From Octopus vulgaris (Eukaryota): a stretch of DNA of 64,000 nt. The position numbers and the translations under genes are program-made. The DNA is taken from positions 24,552,001 to 24,616,000 of the forward strand of contig OX597840.1 of assembly GCA_951406725.2 (NCBI GenBank), written 5' to 3'. This document shows, in pieces, positions 1 to 10,979 of the stretch (positions are counted from its first letter, which is position 1; each line of letters begins with the position of its first letter). The notes under the pieces are model-generated. The model was not told where the DNA came from. It did no database searches and saw only the letters and a program-made list of their open reading frames with translations.

Positions 1-513
1 GTGGGCAAAAAAAAAAAAAAACAGATGCTTTCGACTCGGAGAGGAATGGGCCCCGCGAGGTTTAAAATGCCTAATACATGCTGGTTTTTTCGCAACAGCC
101 TCAACAAGAGTTGAAGAAGCAAAGCAAAGCGAATAAAAGAGTTACTTCCCCTGGCAATTAATTGTTTAAGACCTTTAAAAATGGTCGCACCTGCTCCTGT
201 TTAATTACCCATCCTTTTAACGGACACAATTGAACTTATAGGACTGATAATCAACCGTGTAAAGGTATACAAACAGCATTACTTTATTATGTAGATTTCA
301 AAAAATATAAACCAACGTTTGTTGTAAAAACCTAGAAATTCTTTCGAAGCTGTTATTGTCCGCTCTGACTTCAGTTCCGTCACATCTTCCCCGTTGACTC
401 TCTATATTAATATGTAAGTATTATATACACACAAACATTTATATTGTATACATGTCATAAGTACGTATGTTTATTTTGAAGCTTATTTTGATGATAAACG
501 TTACTGAAGCTAT

Positions 514-668
514 AATTCCGCCGAGGTCGACTTTGCCTTTCGTCCTTTCGGGGTCGATAAATTAAGTACCAGTTACGCACTGCAGTCCGATGTAATCGAC
601 TTAATCCGTTTGTCTGTCCTTGTTTGTCCCCTCTGTGTTTAGCCCCTTGTTGGCAATAAAGAAATAGG
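514..668 (+). mobile_element. SINE (family A: ..CCGCCGAGGTCGACTTTGCCTTTC.. core), 5'-truncated
   Basis: Same sequence recurs at 9736-9933, 10425-10578 and inverted at 850-958, 10830-10938, 44985-45155; ends AGCCCCTTGTTGGCAATAAAGAAATAG. Confidence 0.75.
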
Positions 669-849
669 TAGTTGTCTTATTGCTTTCAACGTTTCGTTCA
701 CCCTTTGAAGCTCCACTCTAATTTTCGATTTCCCCTAAATCTTGCTATCAAATACCAACAGAAAGAGGAAGTTTATGGTGATCCTTCGGTATAGGTACCG
801 TAAGCACCGGAATTGGCTTTGTTTACAACAAGGACAGACATAGGTACTT

Positions 850-958
850 AGTCGATTACATCGAACCAGTGCGGAACTGGTACTTAATTTATCGACCCCG
901 AAAGGATGAAAGGCAAAGTCAACCTCGGCGGAATTTGAACTCACAACGTAACGACAGA
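850..958 (-). mobile_element. SINE family A fragment, inverted relative to 514-668
   Basis: AACTGGTACTTAATTTATCGACCCCGAAAGGATGAAAGGCAAAGTCAACCTCGGCGGAATT is the reverse complement of 514-575. Confidence 0.75.
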
Positions 959-1752
959 GCCATATATATATGTATGTATGTGTGTGTGTGTATGTATGTA
1001 TGTGTATATATTGTTGTCCTACGTCCCCTGTAAAGATAACAGCGTCACCGTTTTGCAATACCCTTAAAACCAAGCACTTTTCAGCACCAGCCCCGCCACC
1101 CTACGCACGAATTCACAAAAGAATTGTGAAAACCAGATCCATATATACGAAGCACGTGGTTAAAGGAAAAACGAAATGTTTCTCTAATTTCAACCAATCA
1201 GATCCATCCATTCCCGACACTGCGGACACCGTCGCAACCGTTTCCTCTTCTTAATTTCCCCAACATCAATATTTGCATTTCTTTTTTGATGTGGAAACCG
1301 AAGTGAAGCCCACTTGATCGAACCCACACTCGAAAGTGTCTGAACCGTGACCACCCTGTCGCGTTTTTAGCTGCTATTTCCAGCAGTTCCCTTACTGGTT
1401 CGTATATAGTTTTATGTTCTGTTGTTGTTCTTGTTGCTGTTTAACCCCAGGTCGACTCATAGTAGGACTTTTATCGTAGATCTTCCTGCTGTGACTAGGA
1501 ACGTGTTCAGACAGAGTGGGACCCCTACGATTTTGCTAATTCGAAGCAAAATAATGAAGAGGGTGCCATGAAATCTAAGGTTACAAAGTTTAAAAAGCCC
1601 TCGATAAATTCAAAGGGACTCAGTTAAAACGAATGGCTTTTTAAATCTAAAAGGGCCCATTATATTAAAAGAAGGTTGAATAATTTAAAGAAACCTTAGA
1701 ATTTTAAAAATTGACAGGTTTTAAAAAAAATACAAATTATTTTGCTGTAAAC

Positions 1753-2311
1753 ATGATTCGGGGTTCAGTTCCAGTGCGTGGCACCTTGGGCAAATGTCTT
1801 CTATAGCCTCGAGCCGACCAAAGCCTTGTGAGTGGATTTGGTGGATGGAAACTGAAAGAAGCCCGTTGTATATAAATATGTGTGTGTGTCCAGTTACTGC
1901 TTGGCAACCGGTGTTGTGTTTACATCTCCGTAACGTAGCTATGCAGGAAAAGGCGTAGGAGTGGCTGTGTGGTAAGTAGCTTGCTTACCAACCACATGGT
2001 TCCGAGGCTTAACAAAGAATGATGGATATATATTGACATGTATATATACACATATGTGTGTGTCTGTACACACATAAAAAGTAAAAACAATTTCTGTTAT
2101 GCATAATTTTTAGGAATATTTTTGAAGAAAACAGTTTCTGTAAATTTTTCCTTGATTTTCATAAAAAAGTTTGATTCTGAGTGAATGATTTGAAAGCATT
2201 CAAAAAATGTTTACGATAGGCTTACATAGAGTAAGCCCTGGTGTAGATATGCTCAACTAAAGGCGGTGCTCCAGCATGGCCACAGTCAAATGACTGAAAC
2301 AAGTAAAAGAG
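1753..2311 (+). mobile_element. Two partial tRNA-derived SINEs (family B)
   Basis: Head GGAGTGGCTGTGTGGTAAG..GGTTC (A/B-box-like), body GCCGACCAAAGCCTTGTGAGTGG, tail GCTCCAGCATGGCC..CAAATGACTGAAACAAGTAAAAGAG; fuller copies at 16932 and 46802. Confidence 0.75.
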
Positions 2312-3039
2312 TATCTATAAGTTATCTGTACAGAAATGTAGGAAATATTCGCTGTTGCCATTTCTACGGTTTAAATGTATTCTCTATCTTATATTATTTC
2401 TGTTGTTTCAGAATAATGGAATAATAGAATTGTTACAACAGAAACATCACCAGAATATATTCATCATCTTTTAAAGACTAACGGAAGGAATTTTTATACA
2501 GAATTGATATAACCTCGTTTAATATGAAGCTGAGGAGAAATATTTCCTCTTGGGTGAGATTATAAACAACACTTCTCTGTGTTTGCTCTCTGGAACCTGT
2601 ACGAGATATTCTTGCATTCTAAATAAACTTGGATTCAATTTACAAAGGAGATTGCAACGTTTCCAAATTACAGCAGAGATTACAGTTGATGGAAACGTAG
2701 CTGAAGGAATATTTGTCAGGAATGATTTATAACAACTAAACTAGAAGATATATATTTTGGTGAAAGAAGAAAAATTATTGAAGTTTTCATGATGCAGAGA
2801 AGATAAAGGATTGATTTTTTTTTCCCCTGAAGAGTTGTCAAATAAGTGATGGAAATTATGTGACTGCAATATCTGTAGAGATATCAGTCTCTCAGAGAAA
2901 GCATATTCATACAGAGGAACACCTTTATCACTGTGATATCTGTAGAAGCTTAAAGACCCAGAAACCTATTCATACAGGAAAGAAATATCCATCAGTGTGG
3001 TAAATCATTCTTGCAAATCCATCATTTAACTGTTTACAA

Positions 3040-4233
3040 ATGTATTATACAGGAAAGAAATCATATCAATGTGATATCTGTGGCAAATCATTCTCTCAAA
3101 CATACAGTTTGACTAATCACAAACGTATTCATACAGGTGAGAAACCATATCAGTGTGAAATATGTGGTAAATCTTTCTCCCATAGCGGTAGCTTAGCTAA
3201 ACATAAACGTATTCATACAGGGGAGAAACCATATCAGTGTGACATCTGTGGTAAATCATACTCTGGAAATAGTGACCTAACCACTCACAAGCGTATTCAC
3301 ACAGCCGAGAAACCATATCAGTGTGATATCTGTGGAGAATCATTCACTCAGAATCAAACTCTGACGAGTCACAGACGTGTTCATACAGGAGAGAAACCAT
3401 ATCATTGTGATATCTGTGGTAAATCATTCTCTCGAAATCACCACTTAACTACTCACAAATACATTCACACAGGAGAAACACCATATCAGTGTGATATTTG
3501 TGGTAAATCTTTCTCTCACAATAGTGCTGTAACTGAACATAAACGTATTCATACAGGTGAGAAACCATATCAGTGTGATATCTGTCGTAAATCTTTCTCT
3601 CATAGCGGTAGCTTAACTAAACATATACGTATTCATACAAGAGAATCACCATATCAGTGTGATATTTGTGGTAAATCTTTCTCTCATAATATTGATGTAA
3701 CCAGACATAAACGTATTCATACAGGTGAGAAACCATATCAGTGTGATGTCTGTGGAGAATCATTCACTCAGAATCAAAACCTAACGAGTCACAATCGTAT
3801 TCATACAGGTGAGAAACCATATCAGTGTGATATTTGTGGTAAATCTTTCTCTCATAGCGGTAGCTTAACTAAACATAAACGTATTCATACAGGAGAGAAA
3901 CCATATCAGTGTGATATCTGTGGTAAATCTTTCTCTCATAATAGTGATGTAACCAGACATAAACGTATTCATACAGGGGAGAAACCATATCAGTGTGATA
4001 TTTGTGGTAAATCTTTCTCTGCTAGCGGTAGCTTAACTACACATAAACGTATTCATACAGGTGAGAAACCATATCAGTGTGATATCTGTGGTAAATCTTT
4101 CTCTCATAATATTGATGTAACCAGACATAAACGTATTCATACAGGGGAGAAGCCTTATCAGTGTGATATCTGTGGAGAATCATTCACTCAGAATCAAAAC
4201 CTAACTAGTCACAAACGTATTCATACAGGATAG
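3040..4233 (+). CDS. ZNF-1: C2H2 zinc-finger protein, 14 tandem fingers, no effector domain
   Basis: 397-aa ORF of 28-aa CxxC-x12-HxxxH units with TGEKPY linkers. Ends at an in-frame TAG inside a linker; AATAAA at 5138-5143. Confidence 0.9.
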   Translation: MYYTGKKSYQCDICGKSFSQTYSLTNHKRIHTGEKPYQCEICGKSFSHSGSLAKHKRIHTGEKPYQCDICGKSYSGNSDLTTHKRIHTAEKPYQCDICGESFTQNQTLTSHRRVHTGEKPYHCDICGKSFSRNHHLTTHKYIHTGETPYQCDICGKSFSHNSAVTEHKRIHTGEKPYQCDICRKSFSHSGSLTKHIRIHTRESPYQCDICGKSFSHNIDVTRHKRIHTGEKPYQCDVCGESFTQNQNLTSHNRIHTGEKPYQCDICGKSFSHSGSLTKHKRIHTGEKPYQCDICGKSFSHNSDVTRHKRIHTGEKPYQCDICGKSFSASGSLTTHKRIHTGEKPYQCDICGKSFSHNIDVTRHKRIHTGEKPYQCDICGESFTQNQNLTSHKRIHTG

Positions 4234-4599
4234 AAACCATATCACTGTGATATCTGCGGCAGATTATTTCCTCAGATTCATCACTTATCTAATCACAAAT
4301 GCGTCCATATGGAGGAAAAAGAAAGTCAACGTGATATCTGCGGAGAATCATTCTCTCAAAGTGCTGAGTTAATTTCCCATAAATGCATTCATCCAGCATA
4401 GAAACTACATCACTGTATTATCTCTAGTAAATCATCTTCTGTCTTATGATAATGAGTTTATTGTATACTGTGCTCAATGGAAAAAGTTAAAAGAAGAAAT
4501 AGAAAGAAGACATAGTTGTGAACTAAAGACAGCAGTGAAAGCTTGAAGTAGATGCACTGTACACAATAAAACACAAAATGTCCCCAGAAATGCATGCAG

Positions 4600-4870
4600 G
4601 GATTGAACCACAAAGAGGAAAGAGAGCATAGGAACATCAGGGGTTGTGATGACGTATTTGGGGAAACCTGAAAGTTTTGAAGGTTGCAGTCAACGTATAG
4701 TTTATTCCCCGCTTCACTAATTGTGCACATGAAAAAATATCTCTGAAAGCCATGGGTGCTGCACTGTTTTTGTTCTTTTTTAATTTTATAAGCATGTCCC
4801 TGGCTAGTTGAGGTATGGACTTCAAAAAAGTGACCAAAGTTGCTGGAAAGATGGCAGATAATCTTGCATA
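4600..4870 (-). mobile_element. Degenerate CR1/L2-like LINE 3' fragment in ZNF-1 3'UTR
   Basis: Minus-strand translation TSQGHAYKIKK..HGFQRYFF resembles the CR1 ORF2 C-terminal TRGH-xxKL motif; heavily decayed. Confidence 0.4.
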
Positions 4871-5519
4871 CTTCAATGAAATCAGACATTTGACATCAAA
4901 ACTAAGGTGTAAAATGTTATCCTTGTACAATGACTTCTTCTTTTCGACCAAGTCTCTCAAAAATCATTATTTTACTGGACACAAATGTATACACACAGAA
5001 GAGGAACCTTTTATTATAAATGAAGTGTGTAATATTCTGTGTGAATTGCCACAATTGTTTGTCATCACCTTTGTAAGGGCCAAAATCTTGAATGGTAACC
5101 TCATCAACCTTTGTGAATATTTATAATGTGAAATCTAAATAAAGCTGTTTTACTCTTTAAGTATTCTTCTGTCATTTTGTATGTCCAACATCTAAAACCA
5201 AGACTTGTATTGACCCAATCACAAACTAGACAATTCACAGACCCAATGAGTATGAGATAAAAGGTTAACTCCACCATGCTTAGCTTTATAAGCTGTTCAT
5301 TTCCATGTTCCAACCCTTCTCAGCCCTCTTTTATCCATCCATCATAGCGTTAAGGGCCATTGCAGGGGAGACAAATTAGGCAATAGCAGACAGGTACTTT
5401 CTTCTTGCCGGTGAAAGAAAGAAAGGGAATTTCGATTTTATATATATAGACAAAGCATAATAGCTTCCTTTGAACAATTTAGTTCCATTTTGCTGGACAA
5501 ACAAACAGACGGACAGAAT

Positions 5520-6120
5520 TTCTCTTTTATATATATAGACTAGCAGCAATACCCATCGTTGATCGAGTAATTGCTTTCACTGTTTCTCAGGAGCTACATT
5601 CTAAGTATTATGATATACATAATTTGGTTGAGTTTATTTTTGTGAATATCCAGAGTAAAATACGGGCATGAGGTAATCCCCTTTTCTGTCATTCCACTAT
5701 ATTCATAAAACAGTGAACTTCCCCGAGGATATATGATTTAGAAAAGAGGTGCATCATCATATTATTTTATTTTAAGTGAAGAACCCATGCTATGAGATCT
5801 TGTCTATGGTGTGCCTGTTGATGAAGAAAGAGTTTCTTTTGTATTTCAGGCCATTTTGGGTCACATGTAAAAGTTATAATAAATATATCTGGTCTACCAT
5901 AATTTCGTACATATCTCACGGCTTCTTCTGTTCTTTCATGCATATAGTAGGGGTGGGGTCCACTTATGAAGCTCAATGGAAGGATGCACAATTGCCCCAG
6001 ATTATTTCCATTTATGCTGTCCCCTAAGCGAATATTTGAAGCAACCTGGAGCTGTTTTTGGTTTGTTCTTACATAGGTGAGTCTTTGATTCAATCTTGGC
6101 GTACATGTCAACAAAAAATT
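5520..6120 (-). mobile_element. Helitron remnant (Rep/HUH domain fragment plus termini)
   Basis: ILPLSFISGP..YMHERT..YVRNYGRPDIFIITFTCDPKWPEI and downstream QKRGLPHA-R-IL (5645-5700) are Helitron Rep motifs; CTAG 3' end abuts a TCTATATATATAAAA 5'-type end at ~5525-5545. Confidence 0.8.
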
Positions 6121-6199
6121 CATCAACATCATCATCGTTTAACGTCCGTTTTCCGTGCTAGCATGGGTAGGATGGTTCCACCGGGGTCTGGGAAGCCAG

Positions 6200-6672
6200 G
6201 ACGCTGGAACAGTGCCTCTTCACACATTTCTCCTCATCCATCCACAGTACATGACCATACCAGTGCAAATGTCGCTCTTGCACATCACATCTGATGCTTC
6301 CTATGTCCAGCATTTCTCTCAGGGCGCTTACACTCTGTCATGTGTGCACACTGACATTACACATCCAGCGGATCATGTTAGCTTCATTTCTTTCAAGTCT
6401 ACGCATGTCCTCTGCAGTCACAGCCCATGTTTCACTACTGTGAAGCATGGCAATTCGCACACATGCATCATACAATCTAACTTTCACTCTGAGCGAGAGA
6501 TCCTTTGCCACCAGTAGGGGTAGGAGCTTTCTAAACTTTGCCCAGGCTATTCGTATTCTAGTGGTGACTCTCTCTAAGCATCCACCCCCACTACTAACGT
6601 GGTCACCTAGGTAGCAGAAACTATCAACTACTTCTAGTTTCTCCCCCTGGAGTGTGATGGAATCTGTTATCA
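6200..6672 (-). mobile_element. RTE-clade LINE 3' fragment
   Basis: KLEVVDSFCYLG..RIRIAWAKFRKLLPLL..RLYDACVRIAMLHSSETW, typical post-RT RTE region; (GAT)n tail at ~6121-6137. Confidence 0.8.
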
Positions 6673-6937
6673 ATTCCTACTTGCTGGCATAGGTCAAACG
6701 GTTTGACTGGAACTGGTAAGCCAGAGAGCTTCACCAAGTTCCAATCTGATTTGGCACGGCTTCTACAGTTGGATGTCCTTCCTAACGCCAACCAGTCCAA
6801 GAGTGTAATGGATGCTTTTAGCGTGTCACCTGCACGGGTGCCAGTTACGTGACACCAGCATCGACCACAACTACGAATTCACTTTGCTTGACGAGTCTTC
6901 TCAACATGATAATAATGAGGATGAAGAAGAATTATCA

Positions 6938-7279
6938 GATTTTCTCACTTTGACCGGCAGGTTTTAAAAATAATTTCTTTGTAACTAAACACTTTTAAAC
7001 TTCGTATACTGGTAGAATGTGTTTATAAAACATCTTTTTTTCTTGGATTTCTTGAGAAAATTCTGTAGTTTGTATGCTATTTCTTGTTTAATTTCTCACC
7101 GGACGTTGTTGTTGAACTTGTTGACAAACAACAGTAGTAATTGTATTCACCTCAATAGACCTCTTTGATTGGTTGAAATTGCCAAAATCCGAGAAAATTT
7201 AACAGCAAATAGCTTACAAACTACAGAATTTTCTCAAGAAAGCCGAGAGAAAAAGATGTTTTATAAACACATTCTACCA
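6938..7279. mobile_element. Fold-back MITE (GGATCTTTTCG family), right arm truncated by the duplication junction
   Basis: Inverted arms (GGTAGAATGTGTTTATAAAACATC.. / ..GATGTTTTATAAACACATTCTACC); complete copy at 9134-9521. Confidence 0.75.
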
Positions 7280-7574
7280 ATCACAAACTAGACAATACAC
7301 AGACCCAATGAGTATGAGATAAAAGGTTAACTCCACCATGCTTAGCTTTATAAGCTGTTCATTTCCATGTTCCAGCCCTTCTCAGCCCTCTTTTATCCAT
7401 CCATCATAGTGTTATGGGCCATTGCAGGGGAGACAAATTAGGCAATAGCAGACAGGTACTTTCATTTTGCCGGTGAAAGAAAGAAAGGGAATTTCGATTT
7501 TATATATATAGACAAAGCATAATAGCTTCCTTTGAATTTAGTTCCATTTTGCTGGACAAACAAACAGACGGACA

Positions 7575-8190
7575 GAATTTCTCTTTTATATATATAGACT
7601 AGCAGCAATACCCATCGTTGATCGAGTAATTGCTTTCACTGTTTCTCAGGAGCTACATTCTAAGTATTATAATATACATAATTTGGTTGAGTTTATTTTT
7701 GTGCATATCCAGAGTAAAATACGTGCATGAGGTAATCCCCTTTTCTGTCATTCCACTATATACATAAAACAGAGAACTTCCCCAAGGATATATGATTTAG
7801 AAAAGAGGTGCATCATCATATTATTTTATTTTAAGTTAAAAACCCATGCTATGAGATCTTGTCTATGGTGTGCCTGTTGATGAAGAAAGAGTTTCTTTTG
7901 TATTTCAGGCCATTTTGGGACACATGTAAAAGTTATAATAAATATATCTGGTCTACCATAATTTCGTACATATGTCACAACATCTTGTGTTCTTTCATGC
8001 ATATAGTAGGGGTGGGGTCCACTTATGAAGCTCAATGGAAGGATGCACAATTGCCCCAGATTATTTCCATACCCATCATTATTTATGCTGTCCCCTTAGC
8101 GAATATATGAAGCAACCTGGAGCTGTTTTTGGTGTGTTCTTACATAGGTGAGTCTTTGATTCAATCTTGGCGTACATGTCAACAAAAAAT
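7575..8190 (-). mobile_element. Helitron remnant, duplicate copy
   Basis: YMHERTQDVVTYVRNYGRPDIFIITFTCVPKWPEI; near-identical to 5520-6120. Confidence 0.8.
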
Positions 8191-8279
8191 TCATCAACAT
8201 CATCATCGTTTAACGTCCGTTTTCCATGCTAGTACGGGTTGGACGGTTCGACCGGGGTCTGCGAAGCCAGGACGCTGCA

Positions 8280-8870
8280 ACAGTGGCACTTCACACATTT
8301 CTCCACATCCATCCGCAGTACATGACCATACCAGCGCAAACGTCGCTCTTGCACACCACATCTGATGCTTCTTATGTCCAGCATTTCTCTCAGGGCGCTT
8401 ACACTCTGTCATGTGTGCACACTGACATTACACATCCAGCGGATCATGTTAGCTTCGTTTCTTTCAAGTCTACGCATGTCCTCTGCAGTCACAGCCCATG
8501 TTTCACTACTGTGAAGCATGGCTGTTTGCACACATGCATCATACAATCTAACTTTCACTCTGAGCGAGAGACCCTTTGCCACCAGTAGGGGTAGGAGCTT
8601 TCTAAACTTTGCCCAGGCTATTCGTATTCTAGTTGTGATACTCTCTGAACATCCACCCCCACTACTAACTTGGTCACCCAGGTAGCGGAAACTATCATCT
8701 ACTTCTAGTTTCTCCCCCTGGAGTGTGATGGAATCTGTTTTCTGAGTATCTGGGGTGTCTATTGTCCCTGTGCATTTGCCGCACATGAAAGCTATCTTCT
8801 CAGTTAATTTTCCTTTGATGTTGCTGCACCTCTTATGTGTCCATACCTAACACTGGGTACATCTTATCAA
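8280..8870 (-). mobile_element. RTE-clade LINE 3' fragment, duplicate copy (longer)
   Basis: Same motifs as 6200-6672 plus ~130 bp of a Cys-rich segment (MCGKCTG..) missing from the first copy. Confidence 0.8.
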
Positions 8871-9133
8871 TTCCTACTTGCTGGCATAGGTCAAACGGTT
8901 TGACTGGAACTGGTAAGCCAGAGAGCTTCACCAAGTTCCAATCTGATTTGGCATGGCTTCTACGGTTGGATGTCCTTCCTAACGCCAACCAGTCCAAGAG
9001 TGTAATGGATGCTTTTACCGTGTCACCTGCACGGGTGCCAGTTACGTGACACCAGCATCGACCACAACTACGAATTCACTTTGCTTGACGAGTCTTCTCA
9101 ACATGATAATAATGAGGATGAAGAAGAATTATC

Positions 9134-9521
9134 AGATCTTCTCACTTTGACCGGCAGATTTTTAAAATAATTTCTTTGTAACCAAACACTTTTAAACTTC
9201 GTATACTGGTAGAATGTGTTTATAAACATATTTTGTAGTTTGTAAGCTATTTCTTGTTTAATTTCTCACCGGACGTTGTTGTTTAACTTGTTGACAAACA
9301 ACAGCAGTAATTGTATTCACCTCAATAGACGTCATTGATTGATTGAAATTGCCAAAATCCGAGAAATTTAACAAGAAATAGCTTACAAACTACAGAATTT
9401 TCTCAAGAAAGCCAAGAGAAAAAGATGTTTTATAAACACATTCTACCAGTAAACTAAGTTTAAAAGTGTTTAGTTACAAAGAAATTATTTTAAAAATCTG
9501 ACGGTTAAAGCGAAAAGATCC
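9134..9521. mobile_element. Complete fold-back MITE with ~130 bp imperfect TIRs and 8-9 bp TSD
   Basis: Starts (A/G)GATCTTCTCACTTTGACCG, ends CGGTTAAAGCGAAAAGATCC; GAATTATC(A) on both flanks (9126-9134, 9522-9530). Confidence 0.85.
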
Positions 9522-9660
9522 GAATTATCAAATAAACTATATAAAGTACCCCAGGACTTATTTAAATGAAGGCTGAGGTTGGAAAATAGAATCGTGTGCA
9601 TGTATGTAAGCTTAACAGACATTCACAAGCGAGTATGACTTGAGAGCTTACATGATGCTT

Positions 9661-9933
9661 TCGACCCCGAAAGGATGAAAGGTAAAGTCGACCTCGGCGG
9701 AATTTGAACTCAGAACGTAGCATCAGACGAAATACTGCCGGGCGAAATGCTCAGCAGTATTTCGTCTGATGCTACGTTCTGAGTTCAAGCTCCGCCGAGG
9801 TCGACTTAACCTTTCATCCTTTCGGGGTCGATTAAATAAGTACCAGTTACGCACTGCGGTCGACGTAATCGACTTAATCCGTCCGTCTGTCCTCTCTGTG
9901 TTTAGCCCTTTGTGGGCAATAAAAAAAGAAATA
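9661..9933 (+). mobile_element. SINE family A whose 5' part is a fold-back inverted duplication
   Basis: Arms 9661-9738 and 9754-9831 are near-perfect reverse complements around a 15-nt loop. Confidence 0.8.
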
Positions 9934-10324
9934 GATGCTTTCGACTGGGAGAGGAATGGGCCCCGCGAGGTTTAAAATGCCTAATACATGCTGGTTTTTT
10001 CGCAACAGCCTCAACAAGAGTTGAAGAAGCAAAGCAAAGCGAAGAAAAAGAGTTACTTCCCCTGGCAATTAATTGTTTAAGACCTTTAAAAATGGTCGCA
10101 CCTGCTCCTGTTTAATTACCCATCCTTTTAACGGACACAATTGAACTTATAGGACTGATAATCAACCGTGTAAACGTATACAAACAGCATTCTTTTATTA
10201 TGTAGTTTCCAAAAAATATAAACCAACGTTTGTTGTAAAAACCTAGAAATTCTTTCGAAGCTGTTATTGTCCGCTCTGACTTCAGTTCCGTCACATCTTC
10301 CCCGTTGACTCTCTATATTAATAT

Positions 10325-10938
10325 GTAAGTATTATATACACACAAACATTTATATTGTATACATGTCATAAGTACGTATGTTTATTTTGAAGCTTATTTT
10401 GATGATAAACGTTACTGAAGCTATAATTCCGCCGAGGTCGACTTTGCCTTTCGTCCTTTCGGAGTCGATAAATTAAGTACCAGTTACGCACTGGAGTTGA
10501 TATAATCGACTTAATCCGTTTGTCTGTCCTTGTTTGTCCCCTCTGTGTTTAGCCCCTTGTTGGCAATAAAGAAATAGGTAGTTGTCTTATTGCTTTCAAT
10601 GTTTCGTTCTCCCTTTGAAACTCCACTCTAATTTTCGATATTCCCTAAATCTTAATATAAGATACCAACAGGAAGAGGAAGTTTATGATGATCCTTCGGT
10701 ATAGGTACCGTAAACACCGGAAGTGGCTTTGTTTACATTTCTGAAGACAACAGAAACCCTTTTCTCCCACCCTAACCTCCCATATATATATATATATATA
10801 TATAAAAAAAACACTTTCTTGAAATGTATCTGGTACATCGACTCCAGTGCATAACTAGTTCTTTAATTTATCGACACCGAAAGGATGATAGGCGAAGCCA
10901 ACCTCGGCGGAATTTGAACTCACAACGTAACGACAGAG

Positions 10939-10979
<41 letters not shown>

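Larger units (their letters stand above)
414..2411 (+). other. Inferred intron 1 of ZNF-1 (5'UTR intron)
   Basis: TAT|GTAAGT donor at 414 and polypyrimidine TTTCTGTTGTTTCAG| acceptor ending 2411. Equivalent donor/acceptor motifs occur in the paralogs. No transcript evidence. Confidence 0.65.
5214..9449. repeat. Tandem direct duplication of a ~2.1 kb unit (5214-7278 / 7277-9449)
   Basis: CCAATCACAAACTAGACAAT..CCCAATGAGTATGAG begins both units; Helitron, RTE and MITE pieces recur in the same order. Confidence 0.9.

Noticed and set aside
735-1254. Short ORFs 735-1073 and 970-1254 as coding exons
   Set aside because: Span SINE and (TA/TG)n microsatellite sequence and are not preserved in the duplicate copy.
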